Source: Geosiphon pyriformis uo1
Taxonomy: Eukaryota; Fungi; Glomeromycota
Assembly (NCBI GenBank): GCA_016748015.1
Contig: JAAOMT010000295.1
Location: 744,001 to 808,000 of the forward strand
Length of the DNA stretch: 64,000 nt
Direction of reading: 5' to 3'
Shown: piece after piece, positions 25,021 to 38,200 of the stretch
Layout of the letters: each line of letters begins with the position of its first letter
Numbering within the stretch: position 1 is the stretch's first letter
Notes under the pieces: model-generated
Seen by the model: only the letters and a program-made list of their open reading frames with translations
Databases searched by the model: none
What the model was told of the DNA's origin: nothing
Made by a program: the position numbers and the translations under genes

Positions 25021-25553
25021 TATTTTCTTATAATTATTTCTTAAAATATTTAACAAATATTTTAAAAATTAATAATATTAAAAATAATTTCTAATTTGTT
25101 TATAATAATTATTAAAATTAAATTATTTATATTTAAAAAAAACTATAACTTTAGTAATTAATACATAAAATTATTATTTTATAAAAAAATGCAAAAAATT
25201 ATTTTGGAATTTACTTGAAGCTTTTAAAATAAGCTTTAAAAGAAAACATTATATTTATTTTTATTAATATTTTTCTAAATATTACAATTTAATAAATATT
25301 TTAACAGTATTTTAATAAATAAAACAATGAATATACTTTTATTTATAAATATTTTTATATTAAAAAAACACTTCATAAAAAAAAATAAAACTTAAATTAA
25401 CAAATATTTTTTTTAAAACTATTAATAAACAGATTTGCAATAATTTAATACTTATTACAAAATTAAAACAATTTTTAAATTTTATAATTTATTTAATATT
25501 TGTAAAAATATCTTACAAAATCTAATACTATAATTATTAAAGATTTAATATAT

Positions 25554-27623
25554 TATTACAGATTAAAGTAACAAGCTAACAGATAGCAAAAGAGAACATA
25601 ATTATATAATAATAGAATTAATCAAAGAGAATTCAACTTTAAGCAGTGAATTGAATAAGTATGAATTCAATATGCAAGATTGGTTTCATAAAATATTTTA
25701 ATTACTATTCTTTTCAAAAGATAACTGGAGAATTTGAAGATAGAGATATAGTCTGTACTGTTAACAAATAATAACACACTGATATAATTCTATGTCTTAT
25801 GTTAACATTCTTAGAATTTAATATTAGATATTAGATATATTCTTTAGTCATATTTTATTCAATAATCTTTAAATATTATAATTATTCAAGTCAGAAAAAG
25901 GGTAAGTAAATGCCAACAAATAATCTTTTATTTCAAAATGTTTAGATACTTAAAGATAAAGAAAAAGAAATTAGCAAAAAGAAAAAGATTGAAATGAAGT
26001 TGTTATTTTATTTCTTTGCTTTTGTTGATTTGTATATTTTTTTCTATAGCTAAAAGATCTATTAATTATATAGTTATTAAAAATAGTCAATAATCAAATC
26101 AGCAATTAAGTCAATAATTAAGTTAATAATCAAATTAATAATCAGATTATTGATCAAATCAATAATCAAGTTAATAATCAGATTAACAGTTAAATTATTA
26201 ATTAGATCAATGATTATTATCTAAAAATATAATGGCTAATTATATAATATCAATGACTAATACATGTAATAACTAATAAAAAATATGAATTTCAACTATA
26301 ATATTATTCTTTTCAAAAAGATTAAGCTCTGACAAAATCAAATTATTTATGGGATATTTTATCTAAAGAGTTTTATATAACTTAAAGCTAACTAGTTTGT
26401 CAAAGTTTTTTGTGAATAAGGTATATAATACCTAAGGCAAAATAAGTTTTGTATTTAAAAGACCAAATTTTTGTATAAAAGTTTTGGCTCTTTTAGCAAT
26501 GATTAAAACTTTTAAGATATCTAATTATATAATGTTCAAAATTTTCACTTGTATTTTTGAAGTTGTTTTCTTTAAAAGCTTTATATCTTTTATGATTTCA
26601 CTAAAATTATTATAAAGTTTTAGTTGTCTTTCATATAACAAGTTTTTGTCTATGAACAAGATTTTTTTAATTGTTTTTCCAATTGTAATGAAAAGTAAAA
26701 ATATTACTGCTGTTATACTTTTTAGTAGATATTTATTTATTTTGTTACCAATTTTTTTTCTTCTAATAATGGTTTTTTTTGGTCTAATAACAATATACTA
26801 TTATCAGTTATAATGGTTTGTTTTCTAATAATTAAAGTAACATTTGGATAGTTTTTGATCCAAAATTCATGAAAAGTATAAAAAGCATTTTGAATGTTTG
26901 ATCCAAGAAATAATTATTCATGTTAATTGAAAATACTTCTGTTTTAAAAATAGTGTATTTATTTATATCTAATTTTTGCTGATCATTTGGGTCAGTATTA
27001 TTACAACAAGTAACCAATCAGATTATTTGTAATATTTCTTGAATCATATATTATAAACAGAATGATTATTAAAGATTGTTCTATATTGATCTTGTAGAAT
27101 ATAAGAATCATTTTTCAAAACTTTGTTGACTAAAAAAGATCTTTTCTACTGATTAGAAAACTTATTATTATAGACATTGTTTCTGTTTAAGTATTATTTC
27201 AAAACTAAGTTACTAATACTTAAAGAAAGTGTTTTATAAGTTTTTTTTTTCTTAAGCTTTTCTTGGAACTGTTTTATTTTTTCAAAGAAAATTATTCATG
27301 TTTTTACTAAGAAGTCAAGAATAATATCAAGTCTTCTTTGCAAAATGTCTTTGTAATTTCCTATTGTGATTTTTTCAAAGAGTATTGTCTTAATATTAGT
27401 TTTTTTTGATAGAATTGCCATTTATCTATAAAGCAAATAAAAAAGTTTATAACTAGTTATGTCATAATTTACAGTTTTATAAACAAACAAGACTAAAGGC
27501 AGTACTTTGTCTTATAAGTTTGTTTCTTTACTGGTTTTGGCCAATGTTTTACATAGTGTTCTGTTAAAATGTTCTACTAGACTATTTGTTTGAAAGTGAT
27601 AAAAAGAAGAGAATTTATAATAT
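25554..27623 (-). mobile_element. Gypsy family D copy D-3: 3' LTR (25554-26303), ORF3 and integrase C-terminus, heavily decayed
   Basis: Colinear with 31053-32214 and with 52840-54813. Confidence 0.85.
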
Positions 27624-27930
27624 TGTTATAGATTGAAGTAACAAGCTAACAGATAACTAAAAAAAACAAAATTGTAAAATAATGGAAATAATCAAAGAAA
27701 AAATTACAATAAAAAAGTGAATTGAATGAGTAAAAATTCAAATGTGCATGATTAGTCTTATAAAAATCATAGTCACAACTTTTTTTTAGAAATCTAAAGG
27801 TAAAAAAATAGTTTGTAATTGTTAACAAGATAATACTACTGCTATTATTCTATGTCTTAACTTGGTAATTCTTAGAATCAATAACAGATATTATTGTGAT
27901 TTTCAATTATTTCTTTATTCAATAAATCAC
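27624..27930 (-). repeat. Partial D-related LTR inserted into D-3 integrase
   Basis: TGTTATAGATTGAAGTAACAAGCTAA.. matches the D LTR terminus, then diverges. The right end is unclear. Confidence 0.65.
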
Positions 27931-28190
27931 AAGAGCAAGCAATCATTTCTTAGGCTAATTTTAACAAATACAAATCAAAAAAAAGAAAAGATAAAATATG
28001 TGAATATGATGCAAACCATTTATAATCATCAAAAATGTAGATCAGTCCGAAATTTTAAATGATGATCTTCACGTGTTTTTATTTATATAATTAAATTTTA
28101 TTGGTTAATATACATGTGTTTTTAATATATTATTTATAATAAAAAATAAAATTTTATTAAATTTTATATAATATAAAACCAAATACAGTA

Positions 28191-28542
28191 TTACAAAGTT
28201 TGAATATTATATAATTTGTCTAATTCTTCAAAAATATTATCTGGAATTCTTCTATGAGATTTATACTTTTTTATAGCATATTCTACTAATTTTCCACTAA
28301 GACCTTTTCTATAAAGATTCATATAACACCAACATTTTCTTGAAAATCGTCTAATAGTTATTAAAGATACTGATTCAAGACTTTCAGGCACTGTTTTTTG
28401 TAATCCTTTCCATGAATAATCGCATTTGTTACGTGCATATCTTTTAGCAGCTCCCCAATATCTTTCAATAAAATTTAATTCGCAATGAAATTTTGGAAAA
28501 AAAATGCCACTTATGTCCCATACTTTCGATTAATTCTTCAAT
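28191..28542 (-). pseudogene. C-terminal fragment of an IS630/Tc1-mariner-like (DDE_3-type) transposase
   Basis: [40 protein letters not shown]...[10 protein letters not shown]; cut off at the mosaic-end sequence. Confidence 0.8.
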
Positions 28543-28561
28543 CTGTCTCTTATACACATCT
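28543..28561 (+). other. Tn5 mosaic end / Nextera adapter (probable assembly artefact)
   Basis: Exact CTGTCTCTTATACACATCT (19/19). Confidence 0.95.
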
Positions 28562-28774
28562 AAAAGTGGCTAATTTTAAACTTTAATAACTATAAAATAT
28601 ATTATAATTCAAAAAATTAAACCGTAAATGTGAAAGAGAAGAACTTAATCTATCATATTTACAGTTTAGTTTTTTAATATTATTAAAATTGGAAGACTAG
28701 ATACAATTTAAAATTATATAAATTGTTTGATGACTATAAATAATTTGCATCATATTCATAGGATAAACTAATTA

Positions 28775-31052
28775 AAGAATCTTGTTTAACTCAAAGCTAA
28801 CTAGTTTATTAAAGTCTTTGGTGAATAAGGTATATAATATTTGAGGTGAATGAGTTTTGTATCCAAAAGATCAAATCTTTGTATAAGAGTTTTGGCTTTT
28901 CTAGCAATAGTTAAAACTCTTGGAATATTTAACCATATAATATCCAAAATTTTTGCTTGTATCTCTGAAGTTGTTTTTTTTATGAATTTTATATCTTCTA
29001 TGATTTTACCAAGGTAACCATAGAGTTTTAATTGTTTTCCATATACCAAGTTTTTGTCTATAGATAAGATTTCTTGAAGTGTTTTTCCAATTGTGTTGGA
29101 AGATAAAAATATAGCTACTGTTATACTTTTCAACAAATATTTATTCATTTTGCTACCAATTTTTTCTCTTTTGGTAGTGGTTTTCTTGGATCTAATAACA
29201 ATATGTATTCTATTGTTATCAGTTATGGTGGTTTGTTTTCTAATAGTCAAAATAACATTTGGATAGTTTTTAATCTAATATTTATAAAGAGTATAAAAGA
29301 CATTTTAAATGTTTTGATCCAAGAAATAATTGTTCATGTTAATTGAAAATACTTCTGTTTTAAAAATAGTACATTTATATATATATAATTTTTGCTGATT
29401 ATTTGGGTTAGTATTATTATAACAAGTAACCAATCAGATTATTTGTAATATTTCTTGAGTTGTGTATCATAAACAGAACAATCATTGAAGATTGTTCTGG
29501 ATTGATCTTGAAGAATATAAGAATTATTGTTCAAAACTTTATTGACTAAAAAAGGTTCTTTTTACCAGCTAAAGAATTTATTACCATAGATATTGTCTCT
29601 GTTTGAATGATATTTCAATACTAAATTTTCAACACTTAAGAAAAGTGTTTTATAAGTTTTCTTTTTTTTAAGCTTTTTTTGGAACTGTTTTATCTTTTTA
29701 AAGGCAATTATTCATGCTTCTACCAATAAGTCAAGAATAGTACCAAGTTTTTTTTGCAAAATGTCTTTATAATTCCCTATTGTGATTTCTTTAAAAGATA
29801 TAGTTTTAATATTAATTTCTATTAGTAGTATTGTTATATATCTATAGAGTAAATAAAAAAATTTATAACTTATTATGTTATAATTCACAGTTTTATAAGC
29901 AAACAAAGCTGAAGACAATATTTTGTTTTATAAATTTGTTTTTTTACTGGTTTTGGCTAAGATTTTACATAGTGTTCTATTGAAATGTTTCACTAGGTTA
30001 TTTGTTTAAGGGTGGTAAAAAAAGGAAAGTTTATGATATATTCATATTTTTTACAAAGTTTTTTAACCAGTGTACTGAAAAAAGCTTTTTCTCTATCAGA
30101 TAAAAGTTCTTTGAGACAGTCATAATAGCAGATGATATTTTTATAAATGAAATTGGCTATTAAGACTGCTGTTTAGTCTAAAGTGGCTCTTGCTTCTATC
30201 CACTTTATAAGATAGCTGGTAGCTGTAATAATGTATTTATTGCTCTTAAGAGTTATTGTTAAAGATTTAACAACATCTATACCAATTTTGTCAAATGGTT
30301 AACCAACAAAAATTGGATGGATATTTTTTTTTGATTGGATTTGTCTTTTTTTTAACAAGTATTACAGGTTTTAATGTATTTAGCAATGTTTTTTCCCAAA
30401 GTAGGCCAATAATAGCAAGCTAAAGTTTTTTAAATTGTTTTTGTTTTTCCAAAATGTCCAACTAATAGATCAGTGTATATGTTGTATATTACAATTTCTC
30501 TTTCTTTAAATCTAATGATTCTTTGGGAGCAGTCAAAATTTTTTTTATTTTTTTTGTAAAGTTGGTTCTGACAGATCAAATAGAAATTTGATTGTTTGGG
30601 TAAATGTTTTTTTTGCTGTTAAGTGTATTCTGGTGGGTATTGTTTTTTATTCAAAAATTTTATTAAGACAGAATAGTTGTCTAAGTCTATTATTGTGTTT
30701 GTTTATGAAGGAGTTACTAATAATTAAGTTGATTTGGTTAAGAGATTGTACTATCACTGAATGGTAAGTCTGAAAAGAATATTAGCATTTTGATAATTAG
30801 CTCTTTTACAATGTTGAATATTATAGTCAAATTTATCCAGATAAAGTATTTAGTGATTTATTTGTTTATGTTTCAGCTTCTTTTTGTTGTGCAGCCAAAC
30901 CAAGACTTGATGATCTGTTACTATTAAAAATTTCACACCAAGAAGATATTAATTCTAATAACTAGTAGTCCAAACTACTGCTAAGTATTTTTGTTTAGTA
31001 ACTGAATAGTTTTTTTCTGCTGGTATAAGAGTTCTACTAACATATATTATAG
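28775..31052 (-). mobile_element. Gypsy D copy D-2: RNase H end, integrase and ORF3; no 3' LTR; interrupted by copy D-
   Basis: Colinear with 51805-54075; ORFs 28801-29250 and 29712-29918. Confidence 0.85.
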
Positions 31053-31719
31053 TGTTATGGGTTGGAATAACAAGCTAATGGATAGCAAGAGAGAACAGGA
31101 TTGTAGGATGATGAAAGGAATCAAAAAAAATTCAACTTCAAAGAGCAAATTGAATAAGTATGGATTCAATGTGTGAGATCAGTCTCATAAAATATCTCAG
31201 TCACTATACTTTTCAAAGATAACTGAAGAATCTGAAAGTAGAAGAATAGTCTGTACTGTCAACAAATAATCACACACTGATATAATTCTATGTCTTATGT
31301 TGGTGCTCTTAGAATTCAATATCAGATATCAGATATACTCTTCAGTCATGTTTTATTTAATAATCTTTAAATGCTGCAATTACATGTTTCAGGAAAAGGG
31401 TAAGAAATAACCAACAAATAATCTTTTATCCCAAGATGTTTGGATACTTGAAGGTAGGGAAAAAGAAATTAGCAATAAAAGAATGATTAAGATGAAAGTT
31501 GTTATTTTATTTATTTTATTTTTTTGATTTCTACATGCTTTTCTACAGCTAAAAGATTTATCATTTATATAGCTATCAAAAGTGGTCAATAATCAGGTCA
31601 ACAGTTAGGTTATTGATCAGATCAATGATCACTTTCTAAAAATAGAGTGGCTAATTTATATGACATTAGTGGCTAATACATGTAATATTTAATAAGAAGT
31701 ATAAGTTTTAACCATAACA
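31053..31719 (-). repeat. 3' LTR of copy D-
   Basis: TGTTATGG...CCATAACA, with PPT (TGGAGAGGATGA) at 31720-31731. Confidence 0.93.
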
Positions 31720-32214
31720 TCATCCTCTCCAAAGAGATTAAGCTTTGGCAAAATTAAGCTATTTATGGTGTAATCTATTTGAAGAGTTTTATCGAACTCA
31801 AAGCTAATTAGTTTGTTGAAGTCTTTTGTGGATAGAGTATATAACACTTGAGGTGAAATAAGTTTTATATCCAAGAGACCAAATCTTTGTATTAGTGTTT
31901 TGGCTTTTCTAGCAATAGTTAAAACTCTTGAAATATCTAGCCATATAATGCCCAAAATTTCTGTCTGTATCTCTAAAGTTGTTTTCTTTATGAGTTTTAT
32001 ATTTTCTATGATTTTTCTAAGGTGATCATAGAGTTTTAATTGCCTTCCATATGACAAACTTTTGTCTATGGGCAAGATTTCTTGAATTGTTTTTCCAATT
32101 GTGCTAGAAAGTGAGAGTATAGCTGTTGTTATACTTTCTAACAGATATTTATCCATTTTGCTACCAATTTTTTTTCTTCTGGTAGTGGTTTTTTTAGATT
32201 TAATAACAGTATAT

Positions 32215-33082
32215 TGTTACAAGTGATTATTTGGGATTTTAAATCAAATAACAAACCTGTAACTTGGTGCTCAAAAGCTGTTTGTGTTCGATGGTAATCT
32301 AAAGATTTTGTAATCTAAAGGTTTGGTTGGAGTTCTTTGTATAATAGACAGAGATTCAATAGTTGTTTTATTTGTAGCTTCCCAGAATTACAATTCTGTC
32401 AATTTTTCTTTTGGCATAGTGGCCGGCAATCTTCTGATAAGTATTCCATATCTACTGTACGTGTCCTACCCACTTGTAGAAGTCTTTTACCAGGCAATCC
32501 TTGACATCAGTAATTCAGCGCTTTAATCCTTAATCAGTTAGTATTCCACAAGAAAAATCAATAAAGAAAAAAAATAAAAGAAAATAAGAAAATAAAGAAA
32601 TAAGAAAATAAGAAAATAAGAAAATAAGAAAATAAGAAAATAAGCCAAGGCAATATGCAAGTTAGTATTTGTCAATAGCCATGATCAAGAGCTATTGTTC
32701 CAGTGTGATTAAGTATCAATTGCTATCAACATGAAGTGTTGATAGTGAAGAGTGAATTTGAATAGTAGATAATTTATTTATTTAATATTGGTGGATGGGA
32801 GATTTCTAACTAAAAGATTCTGTTCTTTTTACTTCTAATGCTATCACTATATATACATAATTAATGTTCTATAAAATCGCTTACATTTCCAAGCAATGTG
32901 CTATGATTTCTTGAACAATGCTCACATTGCTGAGCAATGTGCCATGTTTTCTGACATTGCTCCACATTGCTAAGCAATATGCCATAATTTCTAACATTGC
33001 TCCACATTGCTGAGCAATACTCATGTGCTAAATACTATTCTCTTATTGGTCTGCTATATCTGTTTTCTTTTTATGAGTAATA
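32215..33082 (-). repeat. 3' LTR of Gypsy C, containing a (GAAAATAA)n tract and ~40-bp U3 repeats
   Basis: Direct repeat of 41537-42329. PPT AAAAGAAGGAGATAA at 33083-33097. Confidence 0.93.
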
Positions 33083-33099
33083 TTATCTCCTTCTTTTAA

Positions 33100-33745
33100 T
33101 ATTAAGCTCTGTCGAAATCTTTATTTTAAATTAATTCTAATACTTTTTTTTCAAGTATTGTTTGTTCGACTCTGTTCTTCATGTCTTTTACTTGTGTATT
33201 GTTTATTCTTTCCTATTGGTTAATAGTTATGGTTTTCATGTCAGAGTATAACAGTATTTCTGGATAGTTTTGAAATATGTTGTGCAGTCAATAAATTGTT
33301 CTCACATGTAGTGTTGAATTTGTTTTCTTTCCGATAAATTCTTCAATTTGTTGTATTATGTCTTGGTTGAATATTCTCTTGAATTTGTCAATATACAACT
33401 CCTGAATATTCAACTTTTGACCTAATTGGTAGTAGCAATATGATATTGGAAGTTGTTCTGTTTATTGCTTCCAATTTTCTTTTGTAAGTTCTTCTGTTAA
33501 TGCCATTATAGGTATTTTCCCAAAAGTGTTCTTTACTTTTTCTATTATGTTGTCTGACCAGTTTTTATCATTCTTTGGTACTCACTGATATGGTGTATTC
33601 TTTGTCTTTCTTTTGGTGTTTTGATAGCAAATTGTTTGGTTGTTAACAATAACTTTCATGTTTAAAAATTGTTGACTTAAGACCTGGAATAATTGTTGAG
33701 CTATAGTGTGAATATAATCTGGTATTTCTATTTTTCTTAGTTGCT
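33100..33745 (-). pseudogene. Gypsy C ORF3
   Basis: IPDYIHTIAQQLFQVL...LPISYCYYQLGQKLNIQELY...IEEFIGK; a close homolog of A ORF3 (PINYCYYQLGKHLNIQTLY...LEPFIGK). Confidence 0.75.
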
Positions 33746-33779
33746 TTGTTGCATATACTGTGTCTTTATATACTCTTCG

Positions 33780-35170
33780 GTTTGTTCAATTTGACGTGTT
33801 TGGTTCAATAACTATGATTGGTTCCAGATCTTGTAGAATCTCATTTGGTTGAACTAGTATTCATTGTACTCCCAACTGTGGAATGGTATTAGTAGATGAT
33901 AATGCTATTTGGTGATATGGTTTTAGTCGATCATCATGTGCTGCTTTGGCTAAAATTTTGTTGTCCCATCTTAATTTATAAGCTCCATTTCCTAGAATTT
34001 TTTCTATGTGAAATGGTCCATTCCATTTGAGGTCAAATTTTCTACTCCATTGTTTTTCCGCTTTGGTATGATGTAGAAGTACTTTGTCTCTAATTTTGAA
34101 TTCAACTGGTTTATCTGATAATTGGTTATCGTGTTGTGCTTTTTGCTTTTCTTGAGATTTTTGAATGTTATCAGCTGCTTTTTGTTATCTGTTTTCTAGT
34201 GTTTCCATTAGGTCATATGTTCTTCTCAACAATATTTCTTGAAAATTAGCTTCTATTATTGGTTTTGTTGAATATGTGCTGACCTCTCTCTCAACTGGTA
34301 ATGTTGCTGTCTTACCATATATTAATTCAAATAATGTTGCTTGTGTAGTATCTTGTCTCATTGTTCAATAAGCAAATAATACTGATGGTATAAACAAATC
34401 CCATTTGTTCTGGTTTTTTTGGCTGAGTTTGGCGATTGCTTCACACAATATTCTATTAAATCTTTTAACTAAACCATTTGTTTGTGGATAATATGGTGAT
34501 GATAGTGGTCTTTTAATTCCGAATTTTTGGCTCAATTCTGCTAGTGTTCTGTTCACAAAGTGAGTTCTTTGGTCTGATAATAATTTTTTTAAACATCCAT
34601 GTTGACAAATCAAGTCTTGATGAATGAATTTGGCAACAAATTCTGCATCCACTTTTTGAATTGCTTTTGCTTCTGGCCATTTAGTGAGATAGTCCATAGC
34701 TACTGCAATATATCTATTTCCTCTGCTGGTAATTGTTAATGGTCTGACTAAATCAATTCCAATGTGATCAAATAGTTGTCCTACTTTGATTGGTTTTAAT
34801 GGTTCACTGCGTTTTGTTCTTTCTCTTCTTTGACAAGCATCACAATTTTGGACATATTAGATAATGTTTGGATACATTGATGGCCAATAATATTTTTTTC
34901 TGGTTCTTTTCATGATTGTTTCTTTGTGCAAATGTCCTGCTGTTGGATCTGAGTGCATGTTGAACAGTATTGTTTCTTTCTGTGGTTCTGTAACTACTCT
35001 GGTTGGTTGGTCTGGTTTTGTCTATTTTTCTGGTAAAGTATATTTTGATGATTGATAAAATATTTTGATTGTTGCTTAATGCTATTTCGTTCATTTTAAG
35101 ATAATTTCTTCTTGAACTGTTGGGTAATTATATAATATTAAAGCTGTTGGTATTTTTGTGTGTTTATCTT
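33780..35170 (-). pseudogene. Gypsy C integrase (separate ORF)
   Basis: ORF 34365-34697 (DYLTKWPEA, SDQRTHF, PQTNGLV) and a WNGPFHI tail. Confidence 0.9.
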
Positions 35171-35228
35171 TTGTTATATTTTCATTGGGTTTGGTTTGGT
35201 TTTGTTATATTTTTGGGTTGAAATGTTT

Positions 35229-38200
35229 TTAGATTTGTCTCATTCATGACAAACCATCAGCATTTCCGTTGTCTTTTCTTTTTTTATAATGTATAGTATA
35301 AGTATATGATAATAGTGCCATTTTCCATCTTAATTGTCTTCCATTTCCAAATTCTTGTTTATGAAGTGCTGTTAATCCCTTGTGATCTGTGTATACATCA
35401 AACTTCTGGCTCAAATATTCACTCTATTTGATGACTGCCCAATAAATTGCTAAATATTCTAATTCTGGTGTTCCATAATTTCTTTCAGCTGGAGTTAAAC
35501 CTCAGCTGGCATATGTGACTGAATGTTCTCTTCCATTCGGTCCTCTCTGTGATAGTACTGCTTCCAATGCTTGGCCTAATGTATCGGTGGTAATAATAAA
35601 TGGTTTATTGTGATCTGGATAAATTAGTACTGAAGCTTGTATAAGCTTTTTTCTTAGAATATTAAAAGCTTTTTGTTGTGTTTCTGTCCATTCATATTTC
35701 ACATTCTTGGTTTGGAAATAATTGAGTGGTTGGGCTATCTTGGAAAAGTTTTTGATGAAGTGTCGATAATAGCCTGCAAATCCCAAGAATGACTTTAACT
35801 CTGTCATATTGGTTGATACTAGAAAGTTTTTGACTATCTCTATTTTTTCTGGATCCGTTTTGATGCTGTCTTTGCTTACTATGTGCCCTAAAAAATTTAA
35901 TTCTGTCTCGTCAAAGAAGCATTTATTGGCATTTAACTTTAGTCCTGCCTATCATAGTCTTTCAAACACTTGTTGTAAATGATGCAAATAATCATTGAAT
36001 GTTTTGGAGAACACATTGGTGTTATCTAAATAAACGACTACTGATTTCCACAATAAGCCAGTATATACTATTTCTATTAGCCACTGGAATGTGGCTGGAG
36101 CATTTGTTAAGCCGAATAGCATTACTTTAAATTCAAAATTTCTCTTTCATGTTGTGAATGCGGTTTTTTCTTTGTTCACTGGATCCATGGTTACTTGCCA
36201 GTAACCATTATCTAAATCCAATGTTGAGAACTATTTGTTTCTCCCAAAAGCATTGAATAATTCTTAAATTCATAGAGTTGGATAGTTGTTTCCATGTGTG
36301 ACTCCATTAAGCTTCCTGTAGTCCACACAAAAGTGGATTTTCCCATTCTTTTTTCAGACAACTACTGGTAATGACCATGGGCTCATTGATAGCTGAATTA
36401 ACCTGTTGTCAAGTATTCAGTTGATTTCTTGATGAATAATTTCATGGCTGGCTGGTGGTACTCTGTATGCTTGTTGTTTTATTGGCATAGCATCTCCAGT
36501 TTTGATTTAGTGTTGGATGATGTCAGTTCTGCCAAATTCATTTTCACTAATGAAGATGTTATTGAAATTGTTGAGCAACATCTTCAGCTGCATGCATTGA
36601 AGTGGGTCTAGATTTCCCATGTTCATTTGTTCCAATTGTTCTGGTTGGAGCAAATAATATTTATTTCGTCTATATATTGTTTGTGATGTAATGTCAATAT
36701 ATTCACAAAGCTGTGGAAAATCTGGAATAATGCTTGGTGGTTGATTTTCTAATTCAGTGCTCATGTATCCAATGATAGTTTTTTCTGGTATTGTGATGGC
36801 ATCTCTTATTGTGTTGTAAATAGAAATTTTGATATGGTTGTGTCTTTTGGCTGGTATGTGGAGATTAATAAGTTCAATCTTTCCTGATTTACAAAGACTT
36901 GTTTCTGCTTCAAAAATCTGATCCTTATCTTTTACTTTTCTTTCTATAACTACCATATACTGGTTATATGGTGGAATAGAAATTACTTGACCAGTTGAGA
37001 TAATTTCTCCTTGGCCAATAATTTCTTCTTCTGCCATATTGACTGGTATGTCTATTCTACCTGTGGATCTGAATCCCTGTATTCCTCTAACAGTTATCCT
37101 TAATTCTTTCTTTTTTCTCACTGATATTAACTGAGCTACTCTAACCAGAGGCAGGAATATTGTCTGTGCTATCTTTTCATTTGGTTCAATAATATAGGTC
37201 TTTTCTGAATTATTTTGTAGTATTGCCATAATATTTCTCACATATCTGGTGTTGATTATTCCTCTTTTTATAGTAATCTTTTTTTTTGCTAAATTACTTC
37301 TGGAAGCTAGTTGAACCATGGTTGTTGCTGGTATTTTCAATGCTATTTTCAGATCAATACAGGTGTGCAAATGTGGCTCTAATTTGATGGGATTTTTTCT
37401 TGGATACCTCAAATCAAACCCAGCATTAGTATTGTGCACACATTCTGGCATGATTCCTTCCTCATTATTACTGAACCATTTCAGAGTTTGCTCCTTGGTG
37501 AGATCAGGGAGTGCGATATATATTTCTGGGTTTGAATCAGAGTCCCAATTGCTGATGTTTTCATTGCCATTTTGAATAGAGCTGGAACCAGTGTTTTCAT
37601 TGTCATCATTGTCAGAGTTTAAATTGGGATCAAAAACTGATTCTGATTCTGATGTGCAGTTGTTGATTGATTCTTCTTCTTTTGAAATCGTGTAAATCAT
37701 ACATGGTGGTGGATTGTAAATGAGGTCACAATCATCACAGAATTGAAAGTCACATGGAATTAAACAGTGGTCACATAATTGGGTATTGATTTCTTCCAAA
37801 CATTGCTCTTGCTTTTTTCTTATGGGTGCTAGATTCTGATAGTGTTTATAGAATTCTTCTGGGCTGTTTTCTAAGTCAAGAAAAGTGTCCAGGTTGAGAA
37901 CCAAAACAATGTCCATTGGTTCTGGAGGGTTGTTCTTGATCTCCAAAATTTCACTGAGTGAAGCACCTTCTACTTTGGCATTGGCCATTTGCCAGATCTC
38001 ATCCTCATCGTGTGGATAACTTTTTAAGCAAGAGATTGTTCGGTGCCAGACTGTTGTGATGGGTGTTCCATGACTCATCCAGTCACTAATGAGGATCATG
38101 TACTGGCACGAAGCATCACATGTTCCTCCTCGACTAGGAATGTTATTCCATATCCCTTCGTCAAGTAGCTGTTTACCACAAGTGAGACATGGTTTGTTGT

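Noticed and set aside
28043-28075. Tc1-type terminal inverted repeat starting CAGTCCG
   Set aside because: It is not preceded by TA, no partner end is in the window, and the region is probably chimeric.
28543-28561. A genuine Tn5/IS50 insertion
   Set aside because: The sequence is the synthetic mosaic end, in a single copy with no 9-bp TSD or transposase, so it is a library adapter.
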